From Cyanophora paradoxa CCMP329 (Eukaryota; Plantae; Glaucophyta), in the NCBI GenBank assembly GCA_004431415.1, contig QPMI01000658.1:124001-188000 (forward strand): DNA of 64,000 nt, in the 5' to 3' direction. Below, piece by piece: positions 49,072-61,963 of this stretch (positions are counted from its first letter, which is position 1; the number at the start of each line of letters is the position of its first letter). The notes under the pieces are model-generated. The model saw only the letters and a list, made by a program, of their open reading frames with translations. It ran no database searches and had not been told where the DNA came from. The translations under genes were made by a program, and so were the position numbers.

Positions 49072-52000
49072 GCCTGACCGCAAATTCGCGGGCGCGCTGG
49101 GAAGGACCAAGCTGCCCACGCTAGCGACCTGCCTAGCTGGAGCTGCCCCCAACCAGCCGAGCGCGACCGCCGATTTCGACGTTGCGGTCTGCTCCATTGT
49201 CGTCCCCGTGGCAAACGCAGTGCAGGTGCCTCATCCTCAAGTTTACTCCCCGTTCGCGCTGCCGGACTGCTGATTCTCGTACAAACAGGTGTCGCTTCCA
49301 ATTACGAAGTCGGGGCTCTACCGGTTCCGGGCGCACGACGAGACCGCCAACTCCCCGACGTCACTCGCCATCGATCTCCGCAGCGATGGGTCGTGCGCCC
49401 CAATCGCCTGCAGCAGGCCGTCCCCGGGTGCGGTTTGTCGTTCGGGGATGCGTTTTTCGACGCAATTTAGCAAGCCTTTCCCTCAGGCGACGCGACCGAG
49501 CTCTGGGCGCTGCTGTACGAGAACAGCACGGTGAACGTCAACGTCGCGGCCGTGGCCAGCGGCGCCGCCGGCGCCAACGCGAGCTGCCCGCCGTCGGACG
49601 CCGCCGTGCTCGACGTTTCGTTCGAGGTGCCCGACGACCTTTTCCTTTTGACTTTTCAAATTATCAACAGTTGAATAATAACAACCTAATATAAAGCCAT
49701 GCATATCTTGACTTCACTTGGCTTTACAATAGGCGCCCTACGACGAGCGCGTCTTCGTCGACGCGTCGCTCGCGGAGGAGGGGCTGGGCCCCGACGAGGC
49801 CCTGCGCGACCCCGACACCCTCGACCTGTACTTCGTCGACGTCAACGCCGCGCTCCGCTACGCCTACGGCAGGACCGGCGCTGCGGACGCGGGCCACCCG
49901 CTCCAGGTGCGAGCGAACGTAGCGACGCTCGAATTCGATTTCGCGCGCTGACGATCGCGACGCCGCCTCGTCGCGAGCAGATTGGCATCTTCTTGAAGCC
50001 GGGCATGTACTATCAGAGCGTCAACGCCTCGTGGGACCTTCCCGCTGTGTCCTTTGCCGCCGGTGCACGCATCTGGGTGCGCTCAGGATTGCCGCGCGCG
50101 GTCGCAGGAAAAGTATCCCTGGCGTCTAATTATATAATGCTTCCATCAGATACGATCCCTCAGCGGGCTTCGCCAGGGGACCAATTCCGCGTACGCGTGA
50201 TCTCTCACGTCATGCTGCATGTTTGAAGTGGTTCTGATTTTCGCCATTTCGTTTGCAGGGAGGACACTATTCTGACGTGCGGCGGCATGGGCCACGCGAT
50301 CTCCCTCTCGCACGCCTCGCCCCTCGTCTCGTTCCTCGGCGTTAGCATCGCCAAGTGCGGCGCGGTGGAGAGCTCCACCCGAGTGGACGCGAGCCGCTCC
50401 GGCGCCGCGGTCTCCGTTGTCGGGCTCAAGGACATCGTGTTCAGGGTACTCGGCCTCTGCCATCTCCGAGCGCGAGCGCGGGCGGCTGATCCCGTTCGCA
50501 GAACATCATCTTTGCACGCAACGGCAACCAGAACGCAAGCGCAGATGGCCGTGGTGGCGCTGTGGCGCTCTTCGCTGGAGCGTCGGCGGCCTTCGAGAAC
50601 TGCATTTTCGTGCAGGTGCCGGCACCCGCGGCTAATAACAAACTATGATCTCCGCTCGTTTGCGCTGACAACGACGCAGAACGACGCGCGCCGAGGCGGC
50701 GGCGCCGTTGCCGTCCTCGACGGCAGCGAGGCACGGTTCGAGGGCTGCGTCTTCTCGAGCAACTCGGCCCCGATCGGCGGCGCCGTTCTGGTGTCCGGCG
50801 CCCGCGCGGCGTCCTTCCTGCGGACGGGTTTCCAGGTGCGCAACGCGATCTTGCGGAGGGAGCTGGCCTGGGGCGATTCCGCGCGCGCGTGCCTCCGCAG
50901 AGGAACGCGGCGGTCCCTCCGCCGGAGATGGAGGACGACACCATTTCCGCCTCGATCGCGATGACGAGCCCCGCGGCGGTCGAGAAGTGGCTCGGCGGGG
51001 CCGTGGCAGTGCAATCCGCGACGGAGGCAGTGCGGTTCGACGTCGCAATCTTTGAGGGCAACGCCGCGCACTTCGGCGCGGCCATCTCGGCCGCGAGCCG
51101 CGTCGTCGTCACGCGCTCTCAAGTGTCGGGCTCGAACGGAGGGGCCGTGTGGGTCCGGTCGACCGAGGCGCGCCTCGAGCTCACGGCATTCTCCGGGAAC
51201 GAGAACGTCATGCCGCTGGCCGCCGGAGCCGTTGCCTGCAGCGGCGCGGGAGCTTCCCTCTCCGTCTTCGCTTCGACCTTCGACGACAACTGGGGGGTGT
51301 ACGGCGGCGCGGCTCGGGTCTTCGACGGGTGCCGCGCAAACACTTCGCTCTCCGCGTTCTCGCGTGCGCCCCGGCCCGCCGCTTCTGCTCGCCACAGCCC
51401 CTCCATTCCGAATCCCTTTTAATATCCGACCAGGCAACGTGGCGCTGGCGGGGTCCGGGGGCGCCGTGATGGTGGGTCAGGCGGCGGACCCAGGCTCTGC
51501 AGTGGCGTCGACCTGGGCATCCTTCGACCAGGTCGAGTTCCGCGAGAACGTCGCCGGGTTCCAGGACGAAGGGCAGGCGGCGGAATTCGAGGCCGACCCG
51601 ACGCTCGGCTCCGGTGGCGCGCTAGCCCTCCTCGCCCCGCTCGACGGGGCCGTGCCCATCTCCGGCTGCCTCTTCGCAAAGAACCGCGCGGCGCTGGGCG
51701 GCGGCCTCTTCGCCAATGCGTCCGTGCGCATCGACGGCGACACGATCTTCTTCTCGAACGAGGCGGGCTTCCCGTGGTTCGACGCGCACGCCCAGCGCGA
51801 GGTCCAGATCGGCGGCGGCGCGCTCCTCGCATTCGCGGCCGCGCCGAACCACGTCGGGGGCGCGCTTTTCGCGCTGAACAAGGCACACGGCGCCTTCGGC
51901 GGAGGCCTCGCGATGCTCGGGGGGTCGCTGGAGATCCGCGGTCCGCGCTTCCTGTCGAACGCAGTGCTCGGGCCCGACAGCCAGGGCGGCGGTGCGCGCG

Positions 52001-52452
52001 CGCGCCCTCCGCGCCACCCTGCGCTGCCAATTTCGCACTGAGAAGTGCTTTCGCGCTGCCCAGGTATTTTCGCGCAAAACACGATCTTCCTGGGCGACCC
52101 GAGGTTTGTCGCCGCAGGCAACTCAGCCGAGGGAACTGTGCGTGCTCCCCAAATTGAGACCAGACTCCGAACCCGTCCCAACCTCGAACTCGCGCAGTTC
52201 CAGAACGTGTACCTGCTCGGATCCGGAGGCAGCTCGGGCGCCGCGAACGGGACGGCCTCGGGCGCGGCGGGCGTCGTCAAGTCGTGCGCGTCCTGCTCGG
52301 CGTGCCAGGCCTGCGAGCCCGCCACCGGCCGCTGCAAATTCCCCGCGGACTTCGGTGCGACGCAAACCGCAAACCGCAACAAACCGCTGCTTATCAAATA
52401 CCAATTAAAATGAAAATACGCAGAGGCGTGGTGCGAGGCGATCGGCGGGTGC

Positions 52453-52893
52453 AGCCCCGAGACGTGCCCGTTCGTCTCCGCCGGCACCGCGCGGTTCGAC
52501 GAGACCGACGGGCTCCGCTCCATCCGCGTAGAGCTGGACGCTGGCCCGGGCGCCGGCGCCGGCGCCGGCGCCGCCTCTGCCAACGTCAACGGCTCATGCG
52601 CCTCCTTCTTCGTCCCGGACACCCTCCGCATCCTCGGCGAAGGCGCTTATAACCTCTTTCTTATATTTTTTTTAAGCCCCGAGACGTGCCCGTTCGTCTC
52701 CGCCGGCACCGCGCGGTTCGACGAGACCGACGGGCTCCGCTCCATCCGCGTAGAGCTGGACGCTGGCCCGGGCGCCGGCGCCGGCGCCGGCGCCGCCTCT
52801 GCCAACGTCAACGGCTCATGCGCCTCCTTCTTCGTCCCGGACACCCTCCGCATCCTCGGCGAAGGCGCTTATAACCTCTTTCTTATATTTTTA
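52453..52893 (+). repeat. ~220-bp tandem duplication of a partial exon plus intron start, unit 2 only
   Basis: 52453-52674 and 52675-52893; single copy in unit 1 (~38822-39040). Confidence 0.9.
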
Positions 52894-54652
52894 CAGCGCA
52901 CTATAACACATTCTATAGTTCTAATAAAAAAGCTGTTAAGAAAAAATACTATACTACCGCTGAACGCTGACCGTCGACGTCGCGGACATGCGCAGGAGCG
53001 TCGTGCGCGCTGGGCTCGAGCTCGGGCGGCGCTCGCAATCGGCGGAAGGCGCTGCAGTCGACCGGCACCGGCGAGCTGATCGTGCGGCTGGGCGGCGCTT
53101 TCTCGGTCGAGCCCGGGGCCGTCCTCGGGCTCCAGCTGGACCTCCTCCCGCAGCGCTTCCGCTCCGTCTCCAACTCCGCCGTCGTCGAGATCGAGCAGGT
53201 GCGGCGACCCTATAATTACTTCAACGCGTGGCGCGCAAGCTGATCACGCGCCCCCGACGCCCTCAGACGTCGATCCCCGTCGAGCAGCTCAAGTCTCAGC
53301 TGGCGTGGACGAACCGCACCCTCGCGGCGGAGCTGGGGCAGCGCTCCGGATTCGCCGCCTTTCAGACCGGCCCGACGCCCGCCGACGCGTCTTCGTCCAC
53401 GATCTCGCCCGGAGCGATCGTCGCCATCGCGCTCGGCAGCGCTGCGGCGGTGCTCGCCGTGGTCTGGGGCGTCCTGGCCTGGCGGCGCCTCTCCGGATAT
53501 CGATCCGGACCCCGCCGCCCAGAGCTCGATCGGGATCGCGAACAGCGGCCGAACGCGGACGTCGTCCTCGTGCTCGGGGAGACTCGCGATCAGAGCAGGA
53601 GGCCGCCCGCGGGCACCGCCACTTTTTTTGTTTGAGATTGCAGATAAATTTTTGAGGCGTCCACAGCAAGCCCTCTTTCCTAGAAGCTTGAAGCCTTCAC
53701 CTTGCATTTTTTTCCTAGGCCTTTTTCTGTCATTAAAAGCCTCGACCTTTTTTCCATTTTTTTCCAGTTCTTTTCCAGCTATATGCCAGGCTGGGCCCCG
53801 CTGGGCCCCGCCCCGCGGAATGCGCCGGCGCTTCGTGGACTCGCGAAGCGACGCACCTCGCATATTCGCGAAGCGACGCACCTCGGTAGTTCTTTAACTT
53901 GCATGCGACTCGAGGCTCGAGCTCGCTAGCGATTTCTATCGCGAATCGATTCGCGACCCGCGGCCGCGTGCCGAGCTCCAGCCTCCAGCTGCAGCCTGCA
54001 GGCTGCAGCCCTCAGCCTGCGCATGCAGGCTGCAGCCCGCGGCCTGCAGCTGCAGACTGCAGTCAACGTTAACGCCGCAGCGGCGCCGGCTGAGTGATCA
54101 TGAGTTGACAGTGACTCAGTGACTCGCAATCGCGACGCGCGCGCGACGCGCGTCCGACGGTCGCAACGGATGAGCTGTCCGAGGGTAGTGCAACTTCCAA
54201 AAAAAAACGAAAACTTATGAGCTGTCGGGCAACTTCCAAAACAAACGAATGCGATATTGTTTTTTTCCTTCACTCGAACTCGGATGACGTTGCTCTAGAT
54301 CTTAGCAGGTTGGATCCTAGCAGTGGCTAGCACGTCGACAGTGACTCGACAGTGAGTCGACACTGCAGCTGCTCGCGAAAAAACGTCGGTCCCTACAACT
54401 CGCGATCGGTTTTTTCGCGAGCAGTGCGAGGTAGGCTCTTAGCAGGGTGGATCCTAGCACGGACCCGATCGAGTCCACTGCCGGACCACCGGCGTACCGG
54501 GTACTGGATCCGGACCAGGCAGCGCATCACGGCGATCACGCTGCGCATGCCGCCAGTGCTACTCAGTGACTAGTACAGTAGTATGCCCGGCGCACTGCAT
54601 GCGGCATGCGCACGTGCACGGGCCCCTAAAGCCTAGTAGCTAGCCAGTACTA

Positions 54653-56400
54653 GTGGCCCGGCCGCGTTTTGGCGCGCCGGGGGTGCAAGGGGGGAATCTG
54701 GATCTAATGAAAGAGTAGTAGTGGATTGAACATGCACGGGGCAGATATAGATCGACCCCGGCCCAGCGCGCGCGGCAGGTTGAAGTAGACAGAGATTATA
54801 TATGATTGTAAAGAGTAGGAAAGGGCTGTTATGCAGAGGCTGCGATCTAACCGAATAAAGAAAAGACTGAATGAACGGCCAGATTAAGCGCACTGTATAT
54901 GAAAGATTGTTCTGGAGCGAAAAAACGCTGCGCATCATTTGTGTGCGCGCGGCCTACCGCTAACCCTGAACAGCTGGCTAAAAGATGATGGTGCTGTCTG
55001 CAGAGGGCTCGCCGTAAACATAGGCGATCCAGGCCTTCTGCAGGGGGTCGGGGCGGAAGTCGACCATGGGGGTGAGCGGCAGCCAGCGGCGCCGGTCCTG
55101 AAGACTAACGACAGGGTACCGCCAGAGGAAGAGGTGACGATAAGCCTGTGGGAGGGCTTCTGTGGTCTTCAGCAGCCGCGAGTGCTTCGACTGTTGCTAA
55201 AGCGAAGGCGACGGCCTCCTCGCGGATGGGGGGGAAGCCAGGCCGGTCGGGGAGCTCGCGGACGAGGATGAGCAGGGGACTCTCAGCCGCTCCGAGCACG
55301 GACACGAGACCGGCGACGTCGGGGGCCGCTTCTGACGGCCAGGTGGACGCGGCTTGCCGGTATCCGTCCGGCGGGAGCACAAGCGCGACGGCGCCCGCAG
55401 AAAGCCGGCTGAGCGCGAGGCCGAGCCAGGAGGCGTCGTCGGCGGAGGCAACGACGAGCCCCCCAACAGCCAGAGGCGGTCCCGAAGCCGGCCGCGACAT
55501 CACGTAGCAGCGGAAGACACTGTCGGCCACCTCCATCGCGAAGGGGATCCCGGAGCTGCGGATGGTTCAGATGATGCTGACTTCAGAGACGGAGGCCGCT
55601 CGGCGGTCGCACCTGGTTCGACGCGTTACACTTGTGCTCGAGGTCCTCGCATGCTGGCGTGAGGAGCCTTCATTCAGTGCGCCGCTGAGGAGACGAATCA
55701 CGGTGTACCCAAGGCCACGCCGCTGAAATTGATCTGCTGAAGCAGTAGCTGCGCGGGCCTCGTGTGTCGTTTGTTTGAGGACGGGAGATGAGGCAGTGTC
55801 CTAGCAGCACTCTGAGCGTGCCGCTCGCGTGTCCTAGCCGCTCGCAGAAGGGATAATTTTTAAGAAATTCCGTGCGGCGTACGCGGCGCAGTGCGAGAAA
55901 GTGGAAATCTAGAGGAGATCGAGCAAGACAGCTAGGGAGAAGTGGTTCCATGCAGAACCGCGCAACGAAGAGCAAGGCGTAAGCAACGCACTGCGAGGAA
56001 GCCGAAATCTACAGGAGACAGCTAGCTATAGGGAGAACTGGTTCCATGCAGAACCGCGGAAGGAATTCGAAGACCGGAATGAGAGAGAAGTTGCTTTCCA
56101 GGCTTCAGGTCAAGGAAAACTGGTCTTCGCTAGAACCGCGGAAGGAATTCGAAGATCGGAATGTGAGAGAAGTTGGTTTCCAGGCTTCAAGTCAAGGAAA
56201 ACTGGTCTTCGCCCTCGAAAACCTTTTTTGCATGGACGGCCGCAGCGACAAACACGTGTCGCTGCAAGCGAATTTCCACCCATTTTTTTCCCGCGTTGCA
56301 AACTGGACCTCGAAAACGGCCTCATAGAAGAATTTTGGCTGAAGCGAGGGAACGGGAAGCAAGGGGGGGAAGACCTTCGGTCTTCTTTTCCCCCCTTGCA
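54653..56400 (-). mobile_element. Non-autonomous Helitron2/Helentron-like rolling-circle element (~1.75 kb)
   Basis: Asymmetric 13-bp inverted repeats TGCAAGGGGGGAA (54684-96; reverse complement at 56388-400); 5' terminal hairpin 56359-56400; GC hairpin 54657-54681 followed by CTAG on the - strand; internal tandem repeats; empty site at 40795-40798. Confidence 0.75.
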
Positions 56401-56698
56401 ACTACGGCACCGGTACCGGGGTAGTAGGACTCTAGCCTACCGCGGGGCCGGTACCGGTAGGACTCCGTACTACGTATATACGTTAGGGGCCTTGCCAGGC
56501 TTGCGCTAGGGCCAAGTACAACTAGTAGTTCAACGGTTGCAGCCAAGGTGCAGGTGGGCTCGAGCTCCCGGGTCCTTGACAGTGTTGACACGGCGTGCGA
56601 GTGACGGCGCGGGGTGTGGCGCAGGCGCGTGCGTGATTACACGATCTCGAGCGCTTCTTATTCTTTCTTCAAGGACTAGACCACGTATCTTGGCGAAG

Positions 56699-57614
56699 AT
56701 GGTGTTCTCGCCTTTAATGTATTTCAACAACTCCTCGACCGGTCCGTGCGATTTCTCAAGAGCGTGCCGCGCATGCAGCATGTACAGTGCCCGCCGCGCA
56801 GGCGCACGCAATTGACAATGCGCATGCAGACTACGCCTGCTTCAAGACGTCCGACTGCAGCGGCAGTGGGAACGGCTACTCGGGGAAAACCTATGACAAG
56901 ATCAATGCAGCTGCCGAGTGCTGGGCCGGAGGGCTACCTACGTAAAGTGGGGCCCCGACTCGAACTCGAACACGATTTGTAAGAGCGTGACCGACTCGGA
57001 CTTCAAAGCCGGTGCGAAAATCTGGTTTCGCATGATCATGTCTAGATCTGCCTGCGCATATGCATGCGCACTGACTTCGCAAAGGCTTTAAATGTTATTC
57101 TGGGAGCACCTGCTCGGAAAGCACTCTGCAAGCTGATTTCACAAGCGGAAGCTACCTCCTTGACTATGCTAGCACAATGTGCAACCTTTACGGGCAGTAC
57201 TGCAACTCCTTCAAATTCAATGGCGTGTGCATCCAAAAGAAAACGACGAATTGCAGCTCCAATTGCTCATATAGGACGACGACGACGAAACTCGACGACG
57301 ATACTCAGGTGCACCCCCTCGAAAAATAAATTAAATTAAACCTGCATGAATTGAGACGTGGCCTGGAAATCTAACCGACGAGCTTGCTATATATGCCATC
57401 GGCAGGTCGTGGGTGGTGAGGATCCGGAGGAGGCCGAGATGGATGCTGCGGAGATCGAGGTGGAGGCGGAAGCGGAGGCCGCGGTGCGCCCTCTCCCGCG
57501 GCTGACTCCTCAGACTCGATCGCGAGCTCGCCGCGACAATCGCAATCTGAGGCGCCGCGACAGATGCTTGCAATTGCGGACGCTGAGGGCGCCGACTTCG
57601 ACGCCTGCGCGTGA
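56699..57614 (+). CDS. Small Cys-rich protein, copy 2
   Basis: Near-identical to 41093-42008; one G-run indel in an exon, probably a sequencing error. Confidence 0.55.
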
Positions 57615-59513
57615 TAAATACGCATACCGTAGTACCGCAAACTCCAGCAGCCGAGGCGTGACAAGACTATAGCTATATATATATAGCTAGCACTCTCTCT
57701 GAGATTCTCCTTTACCCGTGCACGTGCCGCAGTGCAGCTTACTTGATTGTATCGTGCTAATGGCTCAGACGGCATGATCATGATCGTGAGACTTCGATTT
57801 CGGATGGTTTGTGACCGTTGAACAGATGCACGCGTATGCATGCACAACTTGGCAAGGTCATCGATTTTTTTTGCAAAAGCCCAACCGGGCAATGTTCGTA
57901 TTAAAATGACAACAACAGCCTCCCCGTCGGCGGCATCGAACTGGGGGGGCACCTTATCTTGCTCTAAGGCTCTGCTACCATGCTACCACAACTTAGCTAG
58001 CAACGTGTTGAGCTGGAGCGGGGAGGTCCTAAGGGTGCTGTCGTCCGTGGCCCTGTGGGGGGGGAGGGGGAGGGGGGGAGGGCACTTCCGGCCAGGTTGG
58101 GCGTAGGGAAGGGGTGAGGAGAAGAGGGGTGCGGGGGAGAGGGGTCTCGGAGGAAAATTAAGCTAGCTGCCACGGCCCGAGTGCCGCCGCCGGGGGCGGG
58201 GGCGGGGCGCTGGAGGGCGGCCGGGGCGGGGCGCGGGAGCCGGGGGCGGGGGTGGGGTGCTGGAGCCGGGGGGCGGGGGGCGGGGCGCTGGAGCCGGAGG
58301 GCGGGGGCGGGACGCTGGCGCCGGCGGCAGGGGCCGGCATGGAAGCCGGGTCCGGGCGAGCCTCGTCTGGCTCTGGGGGGGGGGGACCGAGCGTACACGT
58401 CTCTGTACCGACCTCGGGGAGGAGGAGTCCGGGTGGGCGCCCTTTGGGCCCAGGCCGGGGGAGAGGGGGCGGGGGCGTGGGCCCGCGGGGCCTGGGCTCT
58501 GGGCGGGGGAGGGACCGGCGCGGGGCGCTAGGGAGTAGGACGTGGGCGCACCCTGCCGTTGTTGTATATCGGACGGCGCCGACGGCCCCGTCGCGCGGCG
58601 AGCTCGAGGCGGAGGGGAGAGGTCGAGATGCAGGGCGAGATCTGCAGGCGCGCGGGCACGTTCTGTAAGGATGGGGCGGCGCGCGCGGCGCCTGCAGCAT
58701 GGCGGCGGCGTTCGAGGAGCAGCGGCGGCGGCGCGCGACGGCGGGAGCGTCAGTTTAGAGAGCTGGTGGTTATCGGACATCTGCTATGCGGCGGGTGGCG
58801 TGTAAGTGGCCGGGACGGGCCGTGGCGCATGCGCGGCGATGGCGGGAAACCGGGCGAGGTCTAGGCGGCCGACCGGCGCCGTTTGCGCGTTCTAGGGCTG
58901 TAGTATTATACCGGGAGCGGCAGCGTGCTGTCTGTACTTCCCGCGCGGGGTGCCGGCGAGGTCCTCGACATTCAAAAAGTGGCTCGATGATGTCGGCGGG
59001 GCTCCACGACGCTCCGGGGGCGGGCTGCCGGCTTCGGCGGTCGTGCTGGACGGTGATGTGCTCGTGTCGCCTGGCGGGCTGCGCCCGGCTGGCCTAACTA
59101 GCGTTGTCGGTCCACGGGGGTCGGGTGGAGCTGGCGCGCGACTTTCCGAGCAGCTTGACACGCGGCGTTATCAGGCACCCACGGGTGGGAAGCCTGGCCC
59201 GCCGCGCTGCCGTAATCGTCGCGCGTAATATACCGACTGTAAGTAACAGTAAGTGGGCTATAGCTGTTGTCAAATTCAAATAAGCACTAGCTATAGTCTG
59301 ACTGCCTCGGGTCCGGAGGCTCTAGAACTGATCATAAATCGAGCTGCAGCTCGATTCAGAGTCAGCGAAGAAGAGAGAGGGAGGGAGCCGGGCCAGTCAG
59401 TCTTCTTCTTCTTCTGCTTCTGCTTCCCACCCACCCACCCGTCCGTCCGTCTCACCTGGACGGCGCCCTTGAGCTGCGCCCGCTCGCCGCAGTCCGAGTT
59501 CGAAGTTCGGCGG

Positions 59514-61846
59514 TCACATGACCGCGCAGGCCTCGCAGCCCTTCTCCGTTTTGCAGACGGGGCAGCCCTTCGAGAACAGCGAAGTGAGCCCAGGCGGCCA
59601 GCGAGGGCCCCGCGGCCGGGCGCTGGCAGGGCGGGGCAGCCGGGCGCTGGCGGGGCGGACCTTGCAGCCGGTGGCCTGGTGCCGCTTGCGGGTCGCCTCG
59701 ATGAAGCGCTCGAGCTGCTTCTCGTCCATGGCCTGCGCGGGGGCGGCGTCGGCGGCGGCGGCGCCGCGAGTCGAGGGCGCGGGGCCGGCGCCACGCACGT
59801 CGAAGTCCGGCACCTCTCTGCCCTTGGGCGAGGGCGAGGGCGTGGCCCCCTCTGGCCCGCGGGCGAGGGCGCGGGCGCGGGCGAGGCCGCGGGGAGGCCG
59901 CCTGCGAACGAAGAAGTTTCGGCGAACGAAGTTTCGGCTATAAATAGCCGGGGGTACCGGAGGCGCGAGGGAGTCGGGGCGGTGGGGGCGGCGCCGTTGG
60001 GAGGTGGGGCGCCCCCGGGGCCCGCCGGAGGGCGGCCTCAAGGCGCTGCGCGTGCTCCCGGTGGTGCCCGGCCCCGCCGCCCCGCCGGGCCCGCCGCCTG
60101 CAGCGCCGCCTCGAGCTGCGAGGTGCGCGCCAGCCACTCCTTGATCTCCCGCACCTGGCCCTCCAGCGCCGCGGCGCCGCCGCCTTCCGCCCCGCCCCCG
60201 CCCCCGCCCCCGGGCGGAGTGGAGGGCGGCGAGGAGGGACACCAGGTTGGAGACGAAGGACTCGCGCTCGGCGCGGAGGCCGCGCTTGCCGCGCACGCGC
60301 TCCGCCAGCGTCTCGATGCGGTCCCGTGTCTCCGCCAGCTCCGCCGACGCCCGCTGCAGGCCCTCCCGCCTCTCCTCCAGGTCCTGCGCCCGCCGCAAGC
60401 CAAGCCCACCTCAGAGTAAAGAAGAAGAAGAACGAGGAACTAGCTCGGCTTAATCAAACTAGCCAAATGAAGAACTAGAGCTCAGGATCGATGGGTGGGC
60501 GGACGCACGCGGGTGCGGGCGCGGAGGGCGTCCTTGAGCGCGTTGAGCTTCTCGACGGGGAAGCCGAGCTCGGCCTGCTTCTTCTGCTCGGCCGCCCTCA
60601 GAGTCAGCGAAGAAGAGAGAGGGAGGGGGAGAGCGAAGAAGAAGAGAGAGGCCTAGGAGGGAGCCGAGCTATCTATCTAACCAGCTTTCTGGATCTATCT
60701 AGTCTTCTTCTTCTGCTTCCCACCCACCCGTCCATCCGTCTCACCTGGACGGCGCCCTTGAGCTGCGCCCGCTCGATGGCGCACTCCTCGAGGCCCTCCT
60801 TCTGCTTCTCGACGGCCTTGCGGATCTCCTTGAGCACCGAGCGCAGCGTGACGACGTGCCCGGCCAGCATGTCGTACACCTGCGCGGCGGCCGCTGAGCG
60901 GGAGCCGGGAGCTGGGCGGGGCTGGGCTGGAGCCTGGGCTAGGCAAAGAGGCAATCTCGTTTATCTATCGATCTATCTAGCTGCCGAGGGGCGGCTGAGG
61001 GCGAGCCGAGGGCGGGGGGGGCGGGGCGGGGCGGGGCTAGGCAAAGAGTTCAGGAACGCTATAACCATCTTATATCTTGACTGTCTTGAGAACTATCTTA
61101 AGCCTGAGATACTTTCAATGTTCCTCTGACCTGCTTGGCGGCAGCAAGCTCCTGGTACTTCTCCTGCGCCGTCTCCCGGAACCGCGCGTCCTGCAGCTCC
61201 GCCACCATCCCCTCGTACTCCGTCCGCCGCGCCTGATTAGAAGAGTGAGCGAGAGGGGTACAGGGAGGAGTAGGGGGGTACGCGGCGCGCTCGCTTGCCT
61301 GGAGCTCGTCGTTCTTTGCGAGAATGAGGAGGCGGAGGCCGGTGACCTTGCGCGCCGCTGCTTCCAGCTCGCCCCGCCGCACCTGCCGCCCCGCACGGGG
61401 AGAGGTCAGAAGACACCGGGCGCCTCCTTTCTACCCGTGTACCCCGGCGCGCCCCTTCCATCCGTCCTCACCTGGAGGCGGCGGGCGATCTCGGCCGAGG
61501 CCTGCTTGTGCACCTCCGCAGGCGACATCTGCCGCCCCGTCGGCTTGGTTGGTTGGTTGGAGGGGGGGGGAGGAGGGGGGTACGCACGCCGGAGAGGTCC
61601 GCGCCGAGCGAGGCGACGAGCTCGATGAGGGGCTCCCCGGCGGTAGAGAGATCGAGGAGCCGGCCTGCGCCATCGACGGAGACGGGAGATGAGGAGGGCT
61701 CGGCGGCGGCGACGCTGCCGCGCTCGGGGCGGGGCGGGCGGGGCGGGGTCGGCGGGGGCTACCGGGGCCTTGGAGACCTGCTCGAAGGTCTTCTGCAGGT
61801 CTTCCTTCAGCGCCAGCAGCTTCTCGTGCTCCGCCCTGCGCCCCGG
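59514..61846 (-). pseudogene. 5'-truncated coiled-coil protein gene, copy 2
   Basis: Copy of 43891-46240, cut by the 61964 junction. Confidence 0.7.
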
Positions 61847-61963
61847 CTGCTTGAGGGGACGGGGGAGGGGGGGGGGGGGGGGGGCTGGCTGGCTAGGGGG
61901 CCGCTAGGACGCTAGGCTAGAACGAGTGGGAGGGAAGCTAGGAGGGACGGTAGTGGGAGGGAA

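Larger units (their letters stand above)
46358..53635 (+). pseudogene. 5'-truncated copy of the Kelch/beta-helix/TM gene
   Basis: Starts in an intron within the Kelch region, so it has no signal peptide; 11-bp frameshifting insertion at 46723-46733. Confidence 0.8.
46358..61963 (+). repeat. Tandem amplicon unit 2 (~15.6 kb, carries private insertions)
   Basis: Colinear with unit 1 plus insertions at 46723, 48699, 52675, 54653 and ~57675. Confidence 0.95.

Noticed and set aside
54653-56400. Insertion as a conventional cut-and-paste TIR element
   Set aside because: The inverted repeats are asymmetric (31 bp inside one end, flush at the other) with terminal hairpins, which fits rolling-circle elements better.
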